DNA from: Octopus vulgaris
Lineage: Eukaryota
Reading direction: 5' to 3'
Length of the DNA: 64,000 nt
NCBI GenBank assembly: GCA_951406725.2
Contig: OX597825.1
Span: 32,116,001 to 32,180,000 of the forward strand
Part shown: positions 54,567-64,000 of the stretch, piece by piece
How the letters are laid out: each line of letters opens with the position of its first letter
Numbering within the stretch: the stretch's first letter is position 1
The notes under the pieces: generated by a model
What the model was told of the DNA's origin: nothing
The model's database searches: none
Seen by the model: only the letters and a program-made list of their open reading frames with translations
Program-made: the position numbers and the translations under genes

Positions 54567-54741
54567 TAAGAAAGTTTGTTTGGTAAAGCACGTGGGTGAA
54601 TATATAAGAAAATAGTAAAGTGTGAAAAAACGACAGAAGGCTTAAATGTTAAAAAATATATATATTTGTGTCAAAATGTCTGGAGAATATTGGAAAAATT
54701 TTTTTTCCTTTCCTTAAAATGACATAATTTTAAAATTTTTA

Positions 54742-54781
54742 AAGAAATTACCGGTTTCGCGTGTAGCTTTTCAAATTTCTT
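54742..54781 (-). ncRNA. Minimal type I hammerhead ribozyme, U3-A8 variant (mirror copy)
   Basis: Exact reverse complement of 54787-54826. Confidence 0.75.
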
Positions 54782-54786
54782 GTGAC

Positions 54787-54826
54787 AAGAAATTTGAAAA
54801 GCTACACGCGAAACCGGTAATTTCTT
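54787..54826 (+). ncRNA. Minimal type I hammerhead ribozyme, U3-A8 variant
   Basis: AAGAAAT-TTGAAAA-GC TACAC GC-GAAA-CCGG-TA-ATTTCTT: 7-bp stem I, 2-bp stem II, palindromic ACCGGT stem III, GUA triplet. Confidence 0.75.
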
Positions 54827-54960
54827 TAAAAATTTTAAAATTATGTCATTTTAAGGAAAGGAAAAAAAAATTTTTCCAATATTCTCCAGACATTTTGACA
54901 CAAATATATATATTTTTTAACATTTAAGCCTTCTGTCGTTTTTTCACACTTTACTATTTT

Positions 54961-55019
<59 letters not shown>

Positions 55020-55484
55020 ATATGTATATATATGTGTATATGTATATATATATGTATATGTATATATATATGTATATGTATATATATGTATATATATATA
55101 TGTATATGTATATATATATATGTATATGTATATGTGTATATGTATATGTATATATTTATGTGTGTATCTTTGTGTCTCTGTTCGTCCCCCACTTCTGTTT
55201 TACAACCAGTGCTGGTGTGTTTACATCCCCATAACTTAGTAGTTCAGCTAGAGACCAATAGTATAAGTACTAGGCTTAAAAAATGAGTTCTGAGGTCAAT
55301 TTGTTTGACTAAAGCCCTTCGAGGTGGTGCCCCAGCATGGCCACAGTCAACTGACTGATACAAGTGACATAAAAGATAATTATAAGTTTCCTCTGTATAT
55401 ATTGATTTGACTGTTATCTATAGTCAGCATACATGGGAAAAATATTGCACTGTATCTGTGTGTGTGTGTGTGTGTGTGTTTGTA

Positions 55485-56058
55485 GGAATGCTGTCAAATC
55501 ACAACCCCCTTTAGGTAGATGGCCCTGCTCGGTCTGTAGAAAAGCATGGAAAGAAACTCCATATGATGTACCTGGTGTAAGCTATGGACACATAAAAGGT
55601 GCAGCAATATCAAAGGAAGGTTCACTGGGAAAATAGTTTTTGTGTGGCAGATGCACAGGGGTAATAAATACTGAAGATGTGCAGAAAACAGATTCCATCA
55701 CATTCCAGGGGAAGAAACTAGAAGTAGTTAATAGCTTCTGCTATCTAGGCGACCAATTGGTCACCTAGGTAACTGCTGCTGGGGCAGTTGCTCTGAGAGT
55801 GTAGTGACTAGAGTAAGAATAGCCAGGGTAAAGTTCAGGGAGTGCCTATCTCTGCTGGCAACTAAGGGCCTCTCACTCAGGGTGAAAGGTAGACTGTATG
55901 ATGCATGTGTGTGAACTGCCATGCTACATGACAGTGAAACATGGGCCTTGAATGATGAGGACATGTATAGGCTAGAAAGAAATGACGCTAGTATGATCTG
56001 CTGGATGTCCAATGTCAGTGTGCATACAAGACAGATTGTAAGCCCCCTGAGAGAAAAG
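55485..56058 (+). mobile_element. RTE LINE internal fragment with PHD-like insert
   Basis: GRWPCSVCRK...CTWCKLWTHKRC...RC, EVVNSFCYLGD, MLHDSETW. Same family as 44922-46290. Confidence 0.9.
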
Positions 56059-56973
56059 TGTTGGTGTGTTTATGTTCCTGTAACAGTGGTTTGGCAAAAG
56101 AAACTGATAGAATAAGTACTGGGGTCAAGTCCTTTGACTATATTCCCTGAGGGTAGTGCCCCAGCATGACCACAGTTTAATGACTGCAACAAATAAAAGA
56201 TATAAAAAATAAAAGATAAAAGATATGAAGGAGATTTGGTTGCTATATCTAGCAAGTTGGATGCCTGTGTTGTAGCTCTTTCCTTTATTTGCTTGGCCCT
56301 TATTGGGGTGGATGAAAGCGTTGGGTAATACCCTGGTTTAGCGTGCATGCAAGACAGATTGTACGCCCCCCGAGAGAAAGGTGTTGGTGTGTTTATGTCC
56401 CTGTAACAGTGTTTTGGCAAAAAAAACTGATAGAATAAGTACTGGGGTCAATTCTTTTAAACTATATTCCCTCAGGGTAGTGCCCCAGCATGACCACAGT
56501 TTAATGACTGCAACAAATAAAAGATATAAAAGTTATGATATGAAGGAGTTTTGGTTGGTATATTTAGCAAGTTGAATGCCTGTGTTGTAGCTCCTTCCTT
56601 TATTTGCTTGGCCCTTATTGGGGTGGATGAAAGTGTTGGGTAATACCCTGGTTTAGCGTGCATACAAGACAGATTGTAAGCCCCCCGAGAGAAAGGTGTT
56701 GGTGTGTTTATGTCCCTGTAACAGTGGTTTGGCAAAAAAAAAACTGATAGAATAAGTACTGGGGTCAATTCTTTTGACTATATTCCCTCAGGGTAGTGCC
56801 CCAGCATGACCACAGTTTAATGACTGCAACAAATAAAAGATATAAAAGTTATGATATGAAGGAGTTTTGGTTGGTATATTTAGCAAGTTGAATGCCTGTG
56901 TTGTAGCTCCTTCTTTTATTTGTTTGACCCTTATTGGGGTGGATGAAAGGGTTGGGTAATACCCTGGTTTAGC
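56020..56973 (+). repeat. Tandem triplication of a ~316-bp composite unit
   Basis: Units start at 56020, 56343 and 56658 (GTGCATRCAAGACAGATTGTA...GGTAATACCCTGGTTTAGC). Confidence 0.95.
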
Positions 56974-57998
56974 AGCCATTCACCCATTCCGCTATTAGTT
57001 GTTTTAGTGCCACTCTTAGAAGACTCATTCAGCATCTATTTGATTCCAGTCAGATTGTCACTAAGGTAATGTCTTCGTTTCTACAGCCATATAATCTGTT
57101 CATAATTGGATTTATAATCTTCAATTAATATTTGGGCTTCAGTTAGTAGTAGTAGTGGTGGTGGTGGTGGTAAGAATAACAGCAATAATAACAACAGTAG
57201 TAGAAAGAATGGTAATAATAATATTAATAGTGAAAGTAGTAGCAGTAGTAGTAGTAACAACAGTAATAATAATAGAAATAATAGTAATAATAGTTGTGGT
57301 ATTACTAGTAGTAGCAGCAGCAGTTACAACAACACCAATAATAATTTCTTTTAAAATAATGATCAACAATCATGATGATGATAACGATGACGAAGATGGT
57401 GAAGATAACGATGATGATGATGATGATGATGATGGTACTGGTGGTGGTGGTGGTGGTGGTGGTGGTGGTTTTGGTGGTGGTGGTGGTGATGATGATGATG
57501 CTGATGGTGCTGGCTGTGGTGGTGGAAGTAGGAAAAGTTCTTGGCAGATTTTCGGAAGTTGAATGAACTGTTATTGTGGTTAAAGCCTGATGATTGATAT
57601 GAAAAATTAGATTTGTTACTTGAAACTGAAGTCTTGCTCTTTGCAGTACAAGAAGAGGCTCTCTGTACAAGCACTGTGCCTGGTTCCTATACAGGGACAT
57701 GTGCCAGTTATGCATGCATGTGTGTGTCTGTGTGTGTGTATGTGTGTGTGTGATTGTATGTATATCTATGTATGTGTATATATGTATGTGTATGTGTTTC
57801 CCTCCTCTCTATTAAAGGAGCACTTTCACACAAGCATAAACATGTGATGGAATTTCCATCTACCAAATTCACTCACAAGGCTTTGATCAGCCCAAAAGAC
57901 ACTTGGCCAAGGTGCCATGCAGTGGGACTGAACCAGGAACCATATGGTTGGGAAACAAGTTTCCTCTATGTATGTATGTGTGTGTATGTATATATGTA

Positions 57999-58049
<51 letters not shown>

Positions 58050-58428
58050 CAGCAAGATATTTTGATTAAGAAAACTTTAGAACTATTGTTTTTGTTTCCA
58101 AATAAAAATACCCTGTGTAGTATTTGTTGCCAATAGAAACAGGGAAACAGTGATCAGCTTACTGGAAACTTGTAACCAATGACATTAATTGTTGATCAAA
58201 GACACTAGAAAACAATATATATTTCATAATTTAACTTTTTAACATCAAGCATAAAAAGCCACCTCTCTTTCTACTGTAGTTCCATTTAGCTGAGAAGAGT
58301 CTTTTAGCACTGCCAGTTACATAGCAACTAGTTCTGGTTCCTGAAAAGAAAAAAAAAACACCTAATACATTTTGTAAGTTGGTTAGCATGAGGAAGAGCA
58401 TCCAGCCACAGAAACCATGCCAAAATAA

Positions 58429-58660
58429 GGCAGTGAATTGGCAGAAACGTTAGCACGCCGAGCGAAATGCTTAGCGGTAGTTCGTCTGTCTTTATGTTCT
58501 CAGTTCAAATTCCGCTGAGGTCGACTTTGCCTTTCATCCTTTTGGGGTCAATAAATTAAGTACCAGTTACGCACTGGGGTCAATGTAATCGACTTAATCC
58601 CTTTGTCTGTGCTTGTTTGTCCCCTCTATGTTTAGCTCCTTGTGGGTAGTAAAGAAATAA
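58429..58660 (+). mobile_element. Meta-domain-like SINE inserted in an RTE tail
   Basis: TSD AGAAAYCATGCCAAAATA on both sides. Confidence 0.88.
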
Positions 58661-59896
58661 GAAATCATGCCAAAATAGTTATTGGAACATGACTCAGTTC
58701 TCTGACTTGTTGGATCCAGTTGAAATATACAACAGATGACAGGATTATGTTGACAATGATGATGATGATATTGATGATAACAATGAAGATGGTTATATTT
58801 ATGTTTGTGTGTGTGTTGTGTGTGTGAAGGACACAGACAAGTAGATAGAATACAATAAATACTTCTTCAAGACAAAAATTATTGCATAAAATAGAATTTT
58901 TGCAATTTGTTTCCTGTTTCCTTAGAAAGGGGATACAAATTTTTGTTGATAAAATGACAGTTAAGAACTACAACAATAACAACAACAACAGTAGACATGA
59001 CTAATGCCAAAAAATAAATGACAATGAGAAGCAAAAATAGAAAGTTTGGTATAATGACCCTCCCAAAATATAAAAAAAGAAAAAATCTACAACAGAAAAA
59101 TAGGAAATAATAGAACTACATATGTATCTATTGTAAATATGAGGGTAATAGAATTTATTACTGGTGGTTAGCATGCATAAATAAAAGTCATAAGATATAA
59201 CATATTTTTTAAAATTCCAAATTAGTTTATTTGACAATTAATAGAGAAACTCGAGTTTAGGATTAACTAATTCATGTTTTTGTTTGTTCTAGTGTCATAA
59301 CAGTGTGCCTCATGAATTCTTTTTTTTTGTGGTTTGGGTTTTAACTGCCTTTTCTAGCATGTAAGGAGTCCTGTCAAAAATATTTTATACACTCTTATAT
59401 TACATATACATCTCACTAGACCTACCTTTCAATGTGCCTACATTTTGAGTGCCAACACTGAAAACTGGGAAAGAGATATGAGAGATAACACAGGAAGGAG
59501 AGATGTTATTCAGTACTTGAAAAGAAGGTTCCCGTGAACGTTTGGTAACAGACATCATAATAGTTCGTTCTTGCTTTTACCCTACCATCATTCAAGCTTG
59601 TTAGAGTTGTTAAGGTTGTTACCTCTACTGGGGTGGGGGAGGGCGAGTGAGGAAGCATTGCATATGAAAGTGTTTGGGGCATTGTAAATATAAGCGTTAT
59701 GAGCCTTGTGGGTGAAGCATTACTGATGCTGCAGATGTAGATGTATAAATAAATTTTAAAAAAAGTGAGTGGGCTACTGTCTGGTTTAGTTTCTCTAGAA
59801 ATTGGAGGTGGAGAGAGAGGAGAGGGCAGCAAGATTACCAACAGAGGAGGAGAGAGGGGAAGGGCAACTAGATGCCTGGTAAGAGAAAGATTTCGG

Positions 59897-59960
<64 letters not shown>

Positions 59961-60089
59961 TTTCCGGTAAGAGTGAACGAGAGAGAAAGAGATATCCGGT
60001 AAGAATGAGTGGGAGAAAGAGATTTCCGCTATTGGTGGTTGGGTGGGTAAGGGTGGGCGCAACCATCGACACAAAAGGTCATTTTAATG

Positions 60090-60360
60090 GCCTGCCCTGA
60101 CTGACTCCAGTGCCAATAGCATGTAAAAAGCACCATCCGAATGTGGCCAATGCCAGTATCGCCTGACTGGCTCCCATGCTTGTGGCACGCAAAAGCATCC
60201 ACTACACTCTTGGAGTGGTTGGCATTAGGCAGGGCATCCAGCTATAAAAACATTGCCATGTCAGATTGGAGCCTGGTGCAGCCATCTGGCTTGCCAGCTC
60301 TCAGTCAAACCGTCCAACCCATGCCAACATGGAAAACAGACGTTAGATGATGATGATGAT
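60090..60360 (+). mobile_element. RTE LINE 3' UTR fragment
   Basis: Homologous to 45950-46290, with a (GAT)n tail. Confidence 0.85.
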
Positions 60361-60460
60361 ACACACACACACACAGACACATATATATATATATACATAC
60401 ATACACACACACACTCACATATATATGTATATATACATATATATATACATATACACACAC

Positions 60461-60524
<64 letters not shown>

Positions 60525-60541
60525 CTGTCTATCTGTTTGTC

Positions 60542-60578
<37 letters not shown>

Positions 60579-60952
60579 CTGCCTATCTGTTTAAGGGTTA
60601 TTGTTTTCATGGTTTTGGTTTACATGATGTCTGTTGGCATTTCTTGTCAGGGAAAATTAGTCGTGCAAATTGTCCAATGAATACTTAATCAAACGTTTTG
60701 CTGTCTTTCGCTTTTGTTCTTCATTCCAAGCCAGAAGCAATAAGCTGCACAGAAATGATCAACGTTCTTTTTGTGTTTTGTTTTTACTTTTGCTTTCTGT
60801 GTTGTTCTTTGTTGTTGTTGTTGTTGTTGTGGCAGCGGTGGTGGTAGTGGTAGTGGTGGTGGGATAACTTTTGTTTCTCATTGTTATTGTTATTGGTAAT
60901 CTTGTAACGTATATGTGTGTGCATATGTGTATGTGTATAAATGAGTGTGTCC

Positions 60953-60999
<47 letters not shown>

Positions 61000-61093
61000 T
61001 GCATACATGCATCCATTCATCCATATATTTATATGTATGCACATGAGTAATACATTACATACATACATACACACACACATATATACATACATG

Positions 61094-61128
<35 letters not shown>

Positions 61129-61271
61129 GTATGTATGTATGTTTGTATCTATGTTTGTATCATATTGTTTATGTTTATCTAACTTGAAGAAATCTTACTT
61201 CTGCTAGGATTAACTTTTCTTAATTGGCAAATATCTTATTTAAGCTGTTTCCACTTTATGTATATATGTGT

Positions 61272-61317
<46 letters not shown>

Positions 61318-61509
61318 TTTGTATAGTTTTTTTTCTTTGGTCAATCAGTGTATATTTTTTATTGCCATTGGTGAGTGGTGTAGGATGATGAATAGTTTCT
61401 TTTTTATTTTTGTTGTTGTTGTTGATGTGAATGATGCAGTATATATATATATATGTATGTCTTTGTTCATTTTTATGATCACATCTTGTTGCAATTCTTA
61501 TTTTGTTTC

Positions 61510-61573
<64 letters not shown>

Positions 61574-61699
61574 GTCTTTTGAAAATTCCCTTGATAGCAA
61601 TTGTTTCAGGTTGGGGGTTGGGATCAAACTTTATATTTTCATTTTGTCGTATAATTTGTAAGTTTGTGTGTTTTTACATTAAACAGTGTTCTGTATATC

Positions 61700-61705
61700 T
61701 CTCTC

Positions 61706-61739
<34 letters not shown>

Positions 61740-61828
61740 ATCTGTATATCCATCCATCCATCCATCCACCCATCCACCCACCCATCCATCCATCTACCTA
61801 TCATTCTTTCTGTTTGTCTTTTTATCTA

Positions 61829-61878
<50 letters not shown>

Positions 61879-61967
61879 CGTCCGTCCGTCCGTCCGTCCG
61901 TCCGTCCGTCTGTCCGTCCGTCCGTCCGCCCGCCCGCCCGTCCGTCCGTCCGTCCGTCCGCCCGCCC

Positions 61968-62019
<52 letters not shown>

Positions 62020-62020
62020 T

Positions 62021-62064
<44 letters not shown>

Positions 62065-62100
62065 CCGTCTGTCTGTCTCTGTCTGTCTGTCTATCTCTCT
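61700..62100. repeat. Compound tetranucleotide array (TCTA/TCCA/TCTG/TCCG/CCCG)
   Basis: Read directly from the sequence. Confidence 0.95.
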
Positions 62101-62326
62101 TTTTGCCACACTAATATGTTAATCCCTCAAATTTCTGAATGTGTAACTATGTTTATATATTCTGTATCTGTTTGTCATCCTGTCTGTCTGCTTCTCACTT
62201 CATCTGCTTGTCTGCCTGTTTGTGTTTCATTCCGTTGGTTTCTGACATTGTTTCTTTCTCTCAATGTTGTTTCTGTAAACCAGCAATGTAATTTAGACTA
62301 AATCCATAATTGTGTGTTTTTATCAG

Positions 62327-62380
62327 TGTATGGTCGGTTGGCTTGTATTTCTTGGGAGAAACGAAAGAATGAGGAAAATG
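62327..62380 (+). CDS. Candidate 54-nt exon (two open frames: CMVGWLVFLGRNERMRKM or VYGRLACISWEKRKNEEN)
   Basis: Acceptor TTGTGTGTTTTTATCAG, donor ATG|GTAAAG. Confidence 0.25.
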
Positions 62381-62537
62381 GTAAAGAAAATAGGAGGATG
62401 TCTATACATAAGAAAATGGAGGTAAATATCAAAAAATATATTAGTTTCCTAAAAGCCTTGTAAAGTCAATATACTCTGTTTCATTTTCTTGGCATTGAAT
62501 ATGGTAGTTACTCATGTATAATATGTACTCATGTATA

Positions 62538-62771
62538 TATTTCTTTACTGCCCTCAAGGGGCTAAACATAGAGGGGACAAACAAGGACAGACAAAGGGAT
62601 TAAGTCAATTACATCGACCCCAGTGTGAAACTGGTAGTTAATTTATCGACCCTGAAAGGATGAAAGGCAAAATTGACCTTGGCGGAATTTGAACTCAGAA
62701 CGTAACGACAGATGAAATACCGCTAAGCATTTCGCCCGGCGCACTAACGTTTCTGCCAGCTCGCCGCCTTC
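62538..62771 (-). mobile_element. Meta-domain-like SINE, young
   Basis: 18-bp TSD AATATGTACTCATGTATA at 62520 and 62772. CpGs are retained. Confidence 0.92.
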
Positions 62772-62869
62772 AATATGTACTCATGTATAATGTGCAACCC
62801 TCTCTTATAGGCTATGATGTCTCAGATAAAATATCTCATGTATAATATAAACTGTATTTTCTTTAGTAT

Positions 62870-63345
62870 TACATCAATCCATCTTCCTTACCCATTATTC
62901 CTGGGGAGGTCATAGGGGTAGAGTCTTCAGGTATCTCTTCCATGAGGTCATATCAGAAACAGTTGTCATAACACTTTCTGGCTGGATTCTTTAGTGTGAC
63001 CAACTGAAAATCTAGATGGCCATGGCTGGAATGACCTTAGATTTCCTGCTCGACGGCTTAGCTTGACAGATTCATCTTGCGATCCTTTCTTGTAACATTC
63101 TAATTACATCTCCATAGTACTGGAACTGTGACTCCTCAATGCCAAGAGGTAGCATCTCAACCTCAACGGCCTTCTTGATCTCCAAGCTATGCACACTGTC
63201 AAGTAACATTATCCCAGAGATCTTTTGGAGGAATCCCATTTCTGCCATTTGTATTCTTGATTGAACTCTTTTGGTCATTACCCATTATTCATGAGCATAG
63301 GTGAGGATAGGCATGAAAACTGAACTGAAGATAGCAAGTTTTAAT
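62870..63345 (-). mobile_element. RTE (Expander/Rex3-like) LINE C-terminal remnant
   Basis: SVFMPILTYAHE*WVMTKRVQSRIQMAEMGFLQKISG...QFQYYGDVIRM. Confidence 0.8.
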
Positions 63346-64000
63346 ATTACAGTGTATGGAGAAAAAAAAAAGTGGGGATCTAGCCTGGATGTTGTAACAG
63401 AGGGAACTCTGCTAAAGGCACCCAAACACCAAGTGGTTGTGTTAATCCAAATGATGGACTAACCTTTTAGCATTTAATCCAGCCATATCCAGCCTGAATA
63501 TTCTATCTGTTTTATGTTCAAGCTGGCCAGAGCTGGCATCTCATACCTACCCTGCAATGTCATTCAGAAATAAATTATCATATCACTGGAATCTTGAAGC
63601 TACAAGATAATGCATGATTTATTCAAAACAGTGAATAAATAAGCATCACATTTGATAGAATAATTTGAATGTTAATCAAAGTTCACTGCAAATATTTGAA
63701 ATCAAAACCTAAAGGGCTGGAACAAATATGACACAGTATCTTGGCAGATGCTCGAATGATTCCACCAGTTTATTTCTCTTGACTGGTATTTTACTTATTG
63801 AACCTGAAAAGATGATAGACAAGGTTGAACCTTGGTAGGATTTGAACTCAGAACAGATAAGGAGCCAGAAGAATAAACCCGCAATGCATATCTTCTGATA
63901 TTCTTTTCTGCTCTTGGCACAAGGCCCAACATTTTTGGGGAAGGGGCCAGTCGATAAACTCCAGTACACAACTGGTACTTAATTTATCGACCCCGAAAGG

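Larger units (their letters stand above)
54600..54969. repeat. Near-perfect 370-bp palindrome (fold-back) centred on G54784
   Basis: The arms are reverse complements except for one extra base in an A/T homopolymer. Confidence 0.97.
54367..55377 (+). mobile_element. CORE-like SINE split by the palindromic insertion in its internal (TA)n
   Basis: Head 54367-54530 and 3' part ~55160-55377 both match 36561-36967. Confidence 0.8.

Noticed and set aside
54600-54969. Palindrome as a DNA-transposon MITE
   Set aside because: No spacer, a one-sided tail and a hammerhead core at the axis fit a Penelope-like origin better. A MITE origin is not formally excluded.
61453-62301. 282-aa ORF with SVRP/LSVC repeats
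   Set aside because: Tetranucleotide microsatellite translation.

Overview
AT-rich, microsatellite-saturated animal genomic DNA. The SINE, RTE and mariner repertoire is consistent with a cephalopod, probably Octopus (inference, not verified). No complete host gene is present. A few candidate + strand exons (best 12167-12326) suggest the window lies inside a gene with very large introns. Most sequence is decayed mobile DNA: two Tc1-like and two mariner-like elements with TIRs, Helitron/Helentron derivatives, a piggyBac-type MITE family, at least four tRNA-derived SINE families, and fragments of RTE, R4/Dong-like and CRE-like non-LTR retrotransposons. Three observations stand out. (1) A series of minimal type I hammerhead ribozyme (HHR) motifs from several Penelope-like mini-element families, mostly sitting in or next to (TA)n tracts. 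One is a near-perfect 370-bp palindrome (54600-54969) that encodes a complete U3-A8 covariant hammerhead on both strands. (2) A PHD-type C4HC3 zinc finger embedded inside the reverse transcriptase domain of an RTE LINE, in two copies. (3) A CpG-retaining 4x (CCAAT + CRE) tandem module followed by a TATA box. Nearly all long ORFs in the track are microsatellite artefacts. All calls were read by eye, and no database search was run.
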